From positions 811,757-875,756 of the forward strand of contig OY969414.1 of NCBI GenBank assembly GCA_963699155.1: a stretch of 64,000 nt of DNA. The letters run 5' to 3'. The notes beneath the pieces were generated by a model. The model saw only the letters and a list, made by a program, of their open reading frames with translations. It had not been told where the DNA came from and made no database searches. This document shows, one piece after another, positions 1 through 9,868 of the stretch. This DNA is from an uncultured Chlamydiales bacterium (GTDB lineage Bacteria; Chlamydiota; Chlamydiia; Chlamydiales; JAAKFR01). Made by a program: the position numbers and the translations under genes. Numbering within the stretch: position 1 is the stretch's first letter; every line of letters begins with the position of its first letter.

Positions 1-158
1 ATTAAAGCATCAAATTTAGAGTCTGCCATTTGCGTGGTTATGCCGCCTGAGGCTCCGGCGTAAAAACCAGCGAAAGGGTGGTAATAATCACAGGGTGAGC
101 TAGCGATTAAGCAGCTACTGGAGAAAATCAGAGTAAAAAATTTGGCAAGTTTCATCAT
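1..158 (-). CDS. 5' part of a secreted, probably outer-membrane beta-barrel protein (runs off the window)
   Basis: Hand translation MMKLAKFFTLIFSSSCLIASSPCDYYHPFAGFYAGASGG: signal peptide plus FxGFYxG first-strand motif; AGAGG SD upstream; not in ORF track. Confidence 0.6.
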   Translation of the reverse strand, partial: MMKLAKFFTLIFSSSCLIASSPCDYYHPFAGFYAGASGGITTQMADSKFDAL

Positions 159-206
159 TGACCTCTTTTCCTCAAACTAATTTTTTTTCAAATTTTTTGC
201 CATTCT

Positions 207-1166
207 TTAAGCACGAGGATGGGTCTTGTCGTAGACCTCTTTCTTCAGCTTGGGGGAGACGTGAGTATAGATGGTGGTGGTGGCGAGGGAGGTGTGGCCC
301 AGGAGGAGCTGGATCGTTTTGAGGTCCATGCCGTTCTCGAGCCAGTGGGTGGCGATGGTGTGGCGGATGGTGTGGGGGGTGATGTGGCCGGCAAGGCCAC
401 TCGACTTGAGGTAGGCGTCAAAGTTGCGGTCGACGGAGCGGGTGGAGAGGCGGGTACCGAGTTTGTTGAGGAAGATCGTGTGGGGGTCGGCTTCGGCTCT
501 GTGGCCGTCGGCGTCCTGGTGGCGCTCGTGGTGGTTGAGATAGGCGGTGATCCAGTCGGCCGCGTTTTTGGTGATGGGGACGATTCGCTCTTTTTTCCCT
601 TTACCACGCACTTTGAGAATGAGGGAAGAAAGGTCGCAGTCAGCACGATTGAGCCCCACCAGCTCACTGACGCGTAGTCCTGAGCTATAAAAGAGCTCCA
701 TGATGCAACGGTCGCGGAAGCCGAGATAATCGTTAGTGTCGGGTTGATCGAAGAGGCGCAGAACATGATCATAGGAGAGAGAGACGGGGATCCGCTTCTC
801 CAATTTGGGGCTTTCCAGCTCCTCTGCGGGACTTTTCTCTATCCATTTTTGGCGCACACAGAAGTTAAAAAAGGTACGTAAGGAAGAGAGGCGCCTGACT
901 ATCGTCCTTTTCTGGATCTTGGCCTCGGCCAGGGAGGCGAGAAAATGACGGAGAGTTTTGCGATCAATCTGATCGAGTGAGATCGTCTCTTTTGAGAGGG
1001 GATGTGGAATGTGGCTGATCTTTGTCCCCTGTTTTTCAGCAGGAAGATCACGTTCTAGGAACTGTTTGAGGGCATTCAGATCGATGGCATAATTGCGGAT
1101 CGTATGCTCTGAAGCATTTTTGACGGCGCGTAAGTAGTCGAGGAATTGATAGGCTTCGTGGATCAT
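207..1166 (-). CDS. xerC: Tyrosine recombinase XerC
   Basis: SEHTIRNY, YSSGLRVSEL, GKGKKER, HTIRH, LLGH..TTTIYTH catalytic R-H-R-H-Y set. Confidence 0.9.
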   Translation of the reverse strand: MIHEAYQFLDYLRAVKNASEHTIRNYAIDLNALKQFLERDLPAEKQGTKISHIPHPLSKETISLDQIDRKTLRHFLASLAEAKIQKRTIVRRLSSLRTFFNFCVRQKWIEKSPAEELESPKLEKRIPVSLSYDHVLRLFDQPDTNDYLGFRDRCIMELFYSSGLRVSELVGLNRADCDLSSLILKVRGKGKKERIVPITKNAADWITAYLNHHERHQDADGHRAEADPHTIFLNKLGTRLSTRSVDRNFDAYLKSSGLAGHITPHTIRHTIATHWLENGMDLKTIQLLLGHTSLATTTIYTHVSPKLKKEVYDKTHPRA

Positions 1167-1197
1167 ACTTTAAAAGTATGATGCATCGCTCTATTTG

Positions 1198-2097
1198 TCA
1201 AATGTTGAACACTTTCAGATCTTCTGCGGCATGAGTATTTGAAAAAATTGTGCGCGCTTCGTTTTCAAAGTCGCGCGGATTGAGATAGCGGGCTGAGAAG
1301 TGGGTGAGCACTAAGATTTCGACACCTGCTTCTTTGGCAATCGCTGCAGCCTGCTTTGCTGTGAGATGGTAATGCTTCTCAGCCAGATCATGATGCTCTT
1401 CGAGGTAGGTGCTCTCACACAAAAGAAGTTTCGCTCCCTTGGCAATCTCCACAGCACTTTTGCAGGGCCGCGTATCACTGACGATGGCGATCGCATCTCC
1501 TTTGCGGATCCAGCTCACCTCATCGAGCAAGACCCTTCTTCCCTCGATCTCGAGCTCTCCCTTTTCTTCGAGAGTGCGCACCAATGGTCCTAAAACTTTG
1601 GCCTCTTTCAGCTTGTTTGCATCAAATTTCCGCTTATCCGGCTCGGTAATTCTCCAGGCAATATTGTCGACCCCATGCTCCAAAAAGGCTGCCTCGATGC
1701 GAAAATGGCCATCCTCTTCAACGAGCCCCGCTTTGCTGACAGGATGTTCCACCACTTGAATCGTTTCATGATAGATCGTTCCATAGCGGAGACGATCAAA
1801 GTACTTTTTGCCGCTTGCAGGGTAGTAGCAGTGGACAGGATGGTTCACCTTATCCAGATTGAGCCGCATCAACATCGATCCCAGCCCCAAACAGTGATCT
1901 CCATGGAAATGGCTGACAAAGATCCGCGTCACACAGGTGGGTGCCACATTGGCGAAGATGAACTGCCTCTGGGTCCCTTCCCCCGGATCAAAGAGCAACC
2001 CCTCATCATTCCAGCGAAAAAGATAGGCCCCATGGTTCCGCCTCCTCGTCGGCTGCTGGCTCGACGACCCCAAAATAATCAAATCTTTCACAGACAT
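1198..2097 (-). CDS. rnz: Ribonuclease Z
   Basis: DPGEGTQ, SHFHGDH metallo-beta-lactamase motif, DTRP, THFSARY; ATG at 2097 chosen. Confidence 0.93.
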   Translation of the reverse strand: MSVKDLIILGSSSQQPTRRRNHGAYLFRWNDEGLLFDPGEGTQRQFIFANVAPTCVTRIFVSHFHGDHCLGLGSMLMRLNLDKVNHPVHCYYPASGKKYFDRLRYGTIYHETIQVVEHPVSKAGLVEEDGHFRIEAAFLEHGVDNIAWRITEPDKRKFDANKLKEAKVLGPLVRTLEEKGELEIEGRRVLLDEVSWIRKGDAIAIVSDTRPCKSAVEIAKGAKLLLCESTYLEEHHDLAEKHYHLTAKQAAAIAKEAGVEILVLTHFSARYLNPRDFENEARTIFSNTHAAEDLKVFNI

Positions 2098-2190
2098 AGC
2101 CAATAAGAATACAAAGACTTTCGTAATAATTCAACGCAAAGACGCTAAGGAATGTGGCCGACAGTCTAAATCGCGCAAAATATTCCTACA

Positions 2191-2294
2191 AATTCAACGC
2201 AAAGACGCAAAGACGCAGAGACGCAAAGAAAAAAAGGCCGCTTCGCGTACCCTCCTCTTTGCTTCTTTGCGTCTCTGCGTCTTTGCGTTGAATT
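2191..2294. repeat. 104-bp palindromic REP/MITE-like element (partial arm also at 2128-2145)
   Basis: AATTCAACGCAAAGACGCAAAGACGCAGAG...CTCTGCGTCTTTGCGTTGAATT; full-length sister copy at 37919-38022. Confidence 0.9.
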
Positions 2295-2298
2295 ATTA

Positions 2299-2685
2299 CT
2301 AAACTTTAGCTTCAGTAGACTTTGGTTTTTTTGGCTTTTTAGTGGGAGGGGGTGGGGGAGGGGGTTGGCGGACGCGCATGTAGTCGACGAGGTCGATTTT
2401 GTTTTTGCGGGCGGTGGATCGCATGATGCAGTCGAGGGTGATGGTGGGGATGAGGAGGACGATGAAGGCGCCGACGCCGAAAAGGGGGGTGGTGCTGGGA
2501 AGGTAGTCGGCCGAGGTGAGGCCGATCAGGACTGCTGTTGCGAGGAGAGCTACGACTGAGGCGAGCATGAAGATATTGGCGCTCACGCGCAAACAGTCCA
2601 GTTTTTTATAGACTCTGCGATCGGGAGGGGGAGCGTGAAGTGAAACTGAGGAGCTCAAGGAAGAAGAGATAGACGTAGAGGACAT
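2299..2685 (-). CDS. Inc-like membrane protein with polyproline/basic tail
   Basis: Ser-rich N-terminus, bilobed hydrophobic segment, PPPPPPPTKKPKKPK tail. Confidence 0.65.
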   Translation of the reverse strand: MSSTSISSSLSSSVSLHAPPPDRRVYKKLDCLRVSANIFMLASVVALLATAVLIGLTSADYLPSTTPLFGVGAFIVLLIPTITLDCIMRSTARKNKIDLVDYMRVRQPPPPPPPTKKPKKPKSTEAKV

Positions 2686-2687
2686 AA

Positions 2688-3842
2688 TTAACTTTTGACA
2701 CGCTGTTGAAGGGCAAAGAAACGGAGCCTGCCGAGAAGGTATCCGAGAAGACCGCCGGCTATGTGGGCACTATTGGCGATGGTGATGGAGCTTTCAAAGC
2801 CGCTCGTCAACTGCAAGAAAAAGAAGATGAACTGCAGCAGGAACATGCCCACCACGAAAATGGCGAGGAAAATGAGGGTGAAACGCTGGAGGAGGTAACC
2901 CTCCCAGGGCGCTACCTGCTGTCTGGCCCAGATAAAGGCAGCCATGCCGACAACGATGCCTGAGAGACCCATAAAGAAGGGGCCGCTCATCAAATATTGA
3001 GCGGTGTTGGAAACAATTCCCGTGAGGAGAATAAAAATGAGGTAGCGAAAGGATCCCATTCGATATTCGATCTGATTGCCCAGCAGAATGAACCAGATGA
3101 GGTTGAAGAAAATGTGGAGCAGATCGAGGTGGAGAAGAGCCGGTGTAAATAGGCGCCACACCTGCCCCTCACCGATTTTTTCAAAAAGAGGACCCTTGTA
3201 GGCTAATGGATAGTTGCCATTCTTGAAATGGTTGACGATCCTTTCGTAAATGCCCATCCAGACAGGGGTCTGACGCATCTCTTGGAGAATTTTTCGCGCT
3301 TCGGGCGAAGGGGGGTTTTGGCGTTCAATTTCAATGGGGGTATAGACTTTGAGTAAGCGATCTCTGAGTTGAAAATAGAGAGGATAGTCATAGATCAGAG
3401 CTGTTTCTAAGGTGGAGAGAGTGGGTGCCTGGATGACACCTGGGATCGCAGGCGGGGTCAAGTGGCCTCTTTGCAGAAGGGAGAGTAAAAAGAGCGAAAC
3501 GGTCAAGAAGAGCACGACGATGGAGATAGGGCCATATGGGGAGGGTGAAAGGATACGACGTCGACGAGGTACTGGCTGTTCTTCATCGCTCGCTGGTGCG
3601 CCACGATCAGCGTGCCCTCTGATTTTTGTCTGGTAACGGGAATCAGTGGGATTAGCTTGATATTCTCTGTAGAGGGCTTGGGCCTGCTCGACCTGATCTT
3701 CGTCATAGACCCAGATCCGATATTGCTCCTTTCCCTGGGGACTCTCCTCACATTCGTTTTTGATGCCTTGTGAGGTTAAATAATAAGAAAAGGCAGAAGG
3801 GTTTTCGCGCTCAGTGGCAGTGATTGTACAAATCAGCCTCAT
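2688..3842 (-). CDS. Rhomboid intramembrane serine protease (GlpG-like)
   Basis: WRLFTP, HIFFN, GLSG catalytic Ser, AHIAG catalytic His; GlpG-type N domain. Confidence 0.9.
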   Translation of the reverse strand: MRLICTITATERENPSAFSYYLTSQGIKNECEESPQGKEQYRIWVYDEDQVEQAQALYREYQANPTDSRYQTKIRGHADRGAPASDEEQPVPRRRRILSPSPYGPISIVVLFLTVSLFLLSLLQRGHLTPPAIPGVIQAPTLSTLETALIYDYPLYFQLRDRLLKVYTPIEIERQNPPSPEARKILQEMRQTPVWMGIYERIVNHFKNGNYPLAYKGPLFEKIGEGQVWRLFTPALLHLDLLHIFFNLIWFILLGNQIEYRMGSFRYLIFILLTGIVSNTAQYLMSGPFFMGLSGIVVGMAAFIWARQQVAPWEGYLLQRFTLIFLAIFVVGMFLLQFIFFFLQLTSGFESSITIANSAHIAGGLLGYLLGRLRFFALQQRVKS

Positions 3843-4336
3843 GAACTCCTAAGAATCGTAGAAATAATCTCTGAAGTAGCAAGCCCAGGGATACGATCGA
3901 CAAGATGAACTTTTCCTCCATACTGTTTGACTACTTCGGATTCGATGCAATTTTCGCCATATTCGATGCCGTTGACATGCACATCAGGTCGAATTTTGGC
4001 TAAGATCGCCCGGGGATCTGTCTCATCAAACCAGGTCAAATAGTCGATAAAAGCAATGGCTGAAAGCATTTCCAAACGGTATTCAAGGTGAATAATGGGT
4101 CGCTTAGGGCTTTTATAGGCCTTGACTGAGGCATCAGTATTGACAGCGACAATGAGGATGTCGGCTACTTTCGATGCTTCATAGATCATATACATGTGAC
4201 CGGCATGGAGAAGGTCAAAAGAGCCATTGAGCGTGGCAATGCGCTTGCCCTGTCGTCTTAGATTCTCAACTCTCTTTTCTAAGAGCGCCGGTTCGATCAG
4301 TTTACTCGTTCTATACTCTTGCCAACTCGGCTTCAT
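3839..4336 (-). CDS. Cytidylyltransferase-family protein (RfaE/HldE adenylyltransferase domain-like)
   Basis: NGSFDLLHAGH, VNTDASV, RPDVHVNG, ATSEII. Confidence 0.8.
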   Translation of the reverse strand: MKPSWQEYRTSKLIEPALLEKRVENLRRQGKRIATLNGSFDLLHAGHMYMIYEASKVADILIVAVNTDASVKAYKSPKRPIIHLEYRLEMLSAIAFIDYLTWFDETDPRAILAKIRPDVHVNGIEYGENCIESEVVKQYGGKVHLVDRIPGLATSEIISTILRSS

Positions 4337-6786
4337 GCAGGCAACTCCGGGAAAGCGATCGGGTAGATTTCGTCATAATGCTCCACAAAATGGACACCGA
4401 TCCCTTTTTTTAAATAGTCTGGCAGCTCATCAAAATCGCGCTGATTATCTTTTGGCATGATGAGCACCTCTAGGCCCGACCTGCGCGCTGCGATTAATTT
4501 TTCACGGATACCACCGACACCGAGAATGCGACCTGTCAACGTGATCTCGCCTGTCATCGCTAAGTTGTCTAAAACAGGTGTATCGAGAAGGAGAGAGAGG
4601 AGTGCCGTCACCATCGTCGTTCCAGCTGAGGGGCCATCTTTCGGGGTTGCCCCTTCGGGAATGTGGATGTGGACTTGCGATTTTTCGAAGAAGGTATAGC
4701 CCGGTGCATATTTATAGACAGCGCTGTGCAGATAGCTCCAAGCAATTTGTGACGATTCTTTCATCACATCGCCTGCCTGCCCTGTCAGATGCATATCGGT
4801 GCGTTCTCCGGCGACTTTGATCGCTTCAATATAGAGGGTGGCGCCTCCATGAGAGGTCCAGGCCAGCCCTGTCGCCACACCCACAGGGGTTCTTTCGTAA
4901 AAGCGATCGCTGAGAAAGATCGGTTTTCCGAGATATTCTGTCAGATTGTTTTTGGTGATCGTATGCTTCACTATTTTTTTGCGTCCGCCCCGTTCCCTCC
5001 CTTTGACCACCTCTAGGGCAATTTTTCTCAGAATTTTTTTGATCTGATTTTCGAGATTTCGTACCCCTGATTCCCTCGCATAGCCATTGATGATAACGCG
5101 GAGTGCATCTAGGGTAAAGGAGACGTCGTTGGCATTTAACCCCATCTGCTTGCGGGCTCTCGGCAGGAGATATTTTTTTGCGATTTCGATCTTTTCTTCC
5201 ATGATATAGCCCGAAAGGCGGAGCATTTCCATCCGGTCGATAAGGGGCTCTGGAATCGTATCGGGCATATTGGCCGTCACGATAAAGAGGATATTAGAGA
5301 GATCGACGCGGACATCGAGATAGTGGTCGAGAAAGTCGCGGTTTTGTTCAGGGTCGAGCACTTCGAGAAGAGCAGAAGCAGGATCGCCCTGATAACTTAC
5401 CCCCATCTTGTCCACCTCGTCGAGCATGATGACCGGATTCATCGTTTGGCTATACTTCAGCGCCTGGACCATTTTGCCCGGCATTGCTCCGATATAGGTG
5501 CGCCTGTGGCCTTTGATCTCGGCTTCATCGCGCATGCCACCTACAGAAAAGCGGAAGAATTTGCGGTTGAGGGCGCGCGCGATGCTTTTGCCAATACTCG
5601 TTTTACCAACACCCGGTGGCCCGACGAGGCAGAGAATGCTCCCCTTTACACCCCCTGTCAGCTTGCCGACGCTGATTAACTCTAAAATGCGCTGCTTGAT
5701 ATCTTCCAATCCATAGTGGTCTTTGTGAAGAATCGCTTCCGCTTTGATCAGATCGTGCCGCTCTTTGCTATACATGCCCCAGGGCACAATGGTGAGCCAG
5801 TCAAGATAGTTCCGGCAGACGCCGTATTCAGCAGAGGCAGAGTCCAAGGTTTGCAGCTTCTCCATCTCTTCTTGGACCGTCTCCATCGCTTGTGGAGGAA
5901 CTGTGCGCTTTTTCAGCCGCGCATCAAACTTTTCCGTGTCGATTGACTTCTCTTCTTTTTCGATCCCCAGCTCTTTTTTGATCGTTTTGAGTTGTTCACG
6001 TAAGAAGAACTCTTTCTGAGTTTTGGAGATCGTCGCTTCGATCTTCTGGTTGATGCTACTCTGGAGGCGGCTTAAGTCGAGCTCCTTCTTTAAGAGCGCT
6101 AGCGCCTTTGTGATGCGCAACTCCATATCAAACGCTTCCAATACCTCTTGCAGCTCTTCCCGAGTCGCAGTGGTCAACGCAACGGCAAAATCGGCTAATT
6201 TGCCAGGCTCAGTAAAGTCGGAGTGGCCTAAAAAGATCTGGAGCTCCTCTTTAAAGAGAGGATTGAGTTTGAGCAGCTCCTTGATCACCGAAATGATGTT
6301 GATCGAATAGGCCTTCAATTCATCGGTAATCGTATGACTTTCGGGATGATAGGCCACATGGGCGCGGAGAAACTTGTCTTCTCCCTTCACGGGACGGACG
6401 ATTTCGACACGCTCTTCCATATTCAAGATCACCTGTGCACCGCCGCCCTCCACAGGAATGATACGGAGAATGCGCGCTAACACACCGACCTTATAGAGAT
6501 TGGAGAAGCCCACTTTGTAGATGTTGGCATTCTCTTTCTTCGTTAAAACCAGGGCGATATATTTCTCTTCCTGTTTCGCCACCATCTTTAACACTTCATA
6601 GAAGGGGCCAGGCTCGATCATCACGGGAGCCGCCATACCGGGGAAAAAGGGACGTCTGTTCAAGGGAAGCACATAGACTTCACTGGGATAGCGGGGAGTG
6701 AGAGGCGCATTCGTTTCAAAGGCTTCTTCGAGAGCATCTTCGAGCTCAGCTTCGAAAGAAGTATCATGTTCTTGGTTCTTATCCAA
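4333..6786 (-). CDS. lon: ATP-dependent Lon protease
   Basis: GPPGVGKTS, LDEVDK, PKDGPSAG; TTG start. Confidence 0.97.
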   Translation of the reverse strand: MDKNQEHDTSFEAELEDALEEAFETNAPLTPRYPSEVYVLPLNRRPFFPGMAAPVMIEPGPFYEVLKMVAKQEEKYIALVLTKKENANIYKVGFSNLYKVGVLARILRIIPVEGGGAQVILNMEERVEIVRPVKGEDKFLRAHVAYHPESHTITDELKAYSINIISVIKELLKLNPLFKEELQIFLGHSDFTEPGKLADFAVALTTATREELQEVLEAFDMELRITKALALLKKELDLSRLQSSINQKIEATISKTQKEFFLREQLKTIKKELGIEKEEKSIDTEKFDARLKKRTVPPQAMETVQEEMEKLQTLDSASAEYGVCRNYLDWLTIVPWGMYSKERHDLIKAEAILHKDHYGLEDIKQRILELISVGKLTGGVKGSILCLVGPPGVGKTSIGKSIARALNRKFFRFSVGGMRDEAEIKGHRRTYIGAMPGKMVQALKYSQTMNPVIMLDEVDKMGVSYQGDPASALLEVLDPEQNRDFLDHYLDVRVDLSNILFIVTANMPDTIPEPLIDRMEMLRLSGYIMEEKIEIAKKYLLPRARKQMGLNANDVSFTLDALRVIINGYARESGVRNLENQIKKILRKIALEVVKGRERGGRKKIVKHTITKNNLTEYLGKPIFLSDRFYERTPVGVATGLAWTSHGGATLYIEAIKVAGERTDMHLTGQAGDVMKESSQIAWSYLHSAVYKYAPGYTFFEKSQVHIHIPEGATPKDGPSAGTTMVTALLSLLLDTPVLDNLAMTGEITLTGRILGVGGIREKLIAARRSGLEVLIMPKDNQRDFDELPDYLKKGIGVHFVEHYDEIYPIAFPELPA

Positions 6787-6903
6787 TGTTAGACCTTAAT
6801 AGATTAACGGTTCAGTGTAACAACGCCCTTCAAAAGATGCAAGAGATGGAATATATATCTTTTAATTAAACCTTAGATTACCATATTATTTTAATTTCTT
6901 TAT

Positions 6904-7491
6904 ATGTCAGTTATAAATACGTTAATCATAGACACAAGCACTGATAAACCGATCATTATTTTTTCAAAGGGTACAACTGTTTTATTGAAAATTGAATTGC
7001 CCGCAGGAATGCCCACATCCCGCTACCTTTTAAGCTCTATTTCTGAAGGGGTTAAGCAGTTAAACTTTCAAATAAATGCTCTAGCTGTAAGCGTAGGACC
7101 CGGCTCTTATACCGGCATCCGTGTAGGCGTTGCGGCAGCCAAAGGGCTCGCTTTTCCCCGCTCATTGCCCCTCGTCGGATTCTGCTCTCTTGAGGGATTT
7201 ATCCCCTCAGTCGATGGCCGCTTTGCCTCACTCATCGAGGCACGTCTAGGAGGCTCCTATATCCTCCTCCAAGAGCGGCATGGTCGGAAAATTATCCCTC
7301 ACTCCACTCCAGCCTTCATTCCCAAAGAGGAGCTCGCACTCTATTTAGCCGACTGGCCACTCCAAGTAGGTCCCCACCTCTGCTATCCTGACGCTCACCA
7401 TCTTGCTCATCTCTCTGCTCAGAAATTAGCAGAAAATCAAAAGAAAGATTTAGAAATTCTCTATTTACGCACACCAATCTATCGTAAGTAA
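6904..7491 (+). CDS. tsaB: tRNA t6A biosynthesis protein TsaB
   Basis: IIDTS, GPGSYTGIRVG, C-terminal LYLR. Confidence 0.9.
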   Translation: MSVINTLIIDTSTDKPIIIFSKGTTVLLKIELPAGMPTSRYLLSSISEGVKQLNFQINALAVSVGPGSYTGIRVGVAAAKGLAFPRSLPLVGFCSLEGFIPSVDGRFASLIEARLGGSYILLQERHGRKIIPHSTPAFIPKEELALYLADWPLQVGPHLCYPDAHHLAHLSAQKLAENQKKDLEILYLRTPIYRK

Positions 7492-7518
7492 TAAGAAAAT
7501 GATGTATAGTTCTCCCCT

Positions 7519-8130
7519 ATGGAAGTCTCTGCTGAAGTCGATCTATTTTCTACCTGGCTCCTTCAATATGGCAGCTTCGTTCTCTTCTTTCTGCTCTCCC
7601 TCGGCATTTTAGCTCTCCCCGTTCCCGAGGAAACCCTGATGGTCATGTCTGGGGTTCTCATGAGTAAGGGTAAGCTCAATATCCCGCTAACCATTTTCTT
7701 CTGCTATGCTGGGGCTATCGCCGGCATCACCACGAGCTATCTTTTGGGCCGCACAGCGGGCCACTTCCTCATCACAAAGTATGGCCGCTGGGTCGGGATC
7801 ACTCCTGCCCGCCTCGAGGTCGCCCATCAGTGGTTCAGCCGCCTTGGCAAATGGCTCCTGATGGTCGGCTACTTCATTCCTGGGGTTCGCCACCTCACCG
7901 GCTTCTCCGCCGGCACTACCAGGATGGAATACCCCACATTCGCCCTCTTCGCCTATACAGGCGCCATCCTCTGGGTCTCCCTCTTCCTCGCCCTCGGCTA
8001 CTTCCTCGGTGGCTACTGCCTCAACTTCTACAACGAGCTTGAGGAGATCGACATCGTCAGCATTGCGATCATCATCCTCGCCATCCTCGTCACCATCTTT
8101 TTCATCCGCCGCCGCTCCCGCAAAACCTAA
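7519..8130 (+). CDS. DedA-family membrane protein
   Basis: LPVPEE, FIPGVRH, LGYFLG. Confidence 0.9.
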   Translation: MEVSAEVDLFSTWLLQYGSFVLFFLLSLGILALPVPEETLMVMSGVLMSKGKLNIPLTIFFCYAGAIAGITTSYLLGRTAGHFLITKYGRWVGITPARLEVAHQWFSRLGKWLLMVGYFIPGVRHLTGFSAGTTRMEYPTFALFAYTGAILWVSLFLALGYFLGGYCLNFYNELEEIDIVSIAIIILAILVTIFFIRRRSRKT

Positions 8131-8167
8131 AAATTTCAAAAAAAACCAGCATGAAAAAAAATCTTTA

Positions 8168-9041
8168 CTAAACAGAAAGGATAGGGATGAAAAAATCTTT
8201 CAGGAAAAGTATGACTTCTTCCAAGGTGACATGCTCTTCCCCGATATTCCTGAGAAAAAAATCCCAGCGTTCCATGATTTTAGGGGATTTGTAAAATGCT
8301 TCTGAAAATGCATGTGGGTTCTGATCTACGATGGTTTTCCTATTTGAAAACACTTTGAGAAGAATGGGTTTCATTTCTTGTGGTCGAATTTGGAACTGCT
8401 GGATCATTTTCCAAATATCGTAAAAATCTTTCATGCGGGTATTTGCTAGCCCTAGTTTGATGATTGCGTCCATTTTTTCTGCGATCATCGTCTCTGGTGT
8501 ATACCCCTTCAACTGAGGGCATGGAAACTCCAATAACGTGGGATAGTTCAAATCCACAGGTTGAGGAAATATTTTGTCGTTAAATCCGATGTCGATTCTC
8601 AAAGGAAGTTTGGTCGATTCTCAAAGGAAGTTTGGCTGAAAAAAGTTGTGCAAAAAATCGAGCAGACAGTCCAATGTATTCCGTTTCAATTTGAGATTCA
8701 ATGACTTTTATTTCTTTTGTATCAAATTTAATACCATCTGGTTGCACAGAAAAATCACAAATTTCTCTAAGGGATCGTCTTATATTATCGTTTGAGTTAC
8801 CAACTTTAGCAAGTAGATCAATATCCAATGTGGTGCGATGTGTTTCTGGGTTCCATACTTTAAGCATCAGTCCCCCTTTCAGAAAAAAAGTCTCTTTGTG
8901 TGGAGAAAGACTGAGCCGGTATAAAAACCGTTCCATCGCATAATAACGGAGAATTTCCTGAGTAGGGCGCTTTTTCTTTAAAGCAATATTCTTCAATTTT
9001 GTGTAAACAGACTCTTCCAGATTCTTTTTCTCACTATTCAC
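8168..9041 (-). pseudogene. AbiEii nucleotidyltransferase toxin, frameshifted by a 22-bp tandem duplication
   Basis: LKGG..RTTLDIDL in 5' ORF, AEK..TRMKDFYD in 3' ORF; duplication 8591-8612/8613-8634. Confidence 0.88.
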
Positions 9042-9656
9042 TCAACCACTCACTATTGTTTCCATGATTGGGGCTAAAATTCTCACAACTCTGCATATTT
9101 TTGCAAAATCGTACAGCTTGTCGAGGTTTGTGCGTCCCTGTCGCCAATACTCTTTGAAAGCCTCTAAAACAACATCCATTCCGATCTTTTGTCTGAACTT
9201 CAAACAGTCAGCCAATGTCTTTTCGATGCTATAAATCCTAACTTGGCACCCATCGATAGAGATAGTTTCGATGCCCTCGTGATAGGAAGCATTACTGTAT
9301 AGAAAACATCTTAGAGGAGGATATTCTATTTTGGGGATTCTGGATGCCTTTGGAAGAGCAATATCCACAGCATGAGGAATTTGAGTAGTCAAATTATAGT
9401 ATGAAAGAGCGGAGATCAAACAAATCACACCTTTAGGAATCTTTTTTGCGACAATTACCAAATCAGGTTCCGAAAAATCAGGTAATGAAACTAAACGAAA
9501 TACTCCTCTTCCAAGAGATTCAATGATCCTCTCATCCCTCATTCTGTAAAGATCTCTCGGATGAATGCCTAATTGTAGAGCCTCCGAAGTTCGTAATGTA
9601 CCACCCTTCTGTCTAAAAATATCTATGCGCTTCTCTTCTCTGGATCCACTTTCCAT
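9042..9656 (-). CDS. AbiEi antitoxin / transcriptional regulator (type IV TA)
   Basis: N-terminal wHTH with GRGVFRL, CLISAL, TTQIP, EKTLADC. Confidence 0.88.
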   Translation of the reverse strand: MESGSREEKRIDIFRQKGGTLRTSEALQLGIHPRDLYRMRDERIIESLGRGVFRLVSLPDFSEPDLVIVAKKIPKGVICLISALSYYNLTTQIPHAVDIALPKASRIPKIEYPPLRCFLYSNASYHEGIETISIDGCQVRIYSIEKTLADCLKFRQKIGMDVVLEAFKEYWRQGRTNLDKLYDFAKICRVVRILAPIMETIVSG

Positions 9657-9678
9657 ATAAAAATCTAATTAAGATTGC

Positions 9679-9726
9679 TGGATAAAAATGCTGGTTGTTT
9701 TTCGTTTCTAAAGGCAATTCTATCCA
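9679..9726. promoter_or_regulatory. Imperfect inverted repeat, putative AbiEi operator
   Basis: TGGATAAAAATGC (9679-9691) vs GCAATTCTATCCA (9714-9726), 11/13 complementary, just upstream of abiEi. Confidence 0.5.
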
Positions 9727-9868
9727 CATTGTCTAAAAAAATCTAGGGAATCTTCATCTTCATGATCCACTGCACATTCGCGAAAAAAATCAAAAATTTA
9801 ATAATATATTAATAATTATCAATTATAATATTTAATAAAAAATTAAATATGAGGTAACTATGTCAATT

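Noticed and set aside
219..772. Long alternative-frame ORFs over xerC (likewise over clpC, pgm, DEAD, dnaX)
   Set aside because: Low-complexity shadow frames caused by the local C/G skew and codon bias
207..1166. Integron or phage integrase
   Set aside because: XerC-like along its length, in core synteny with rnz; no IntI insertion or cassette array
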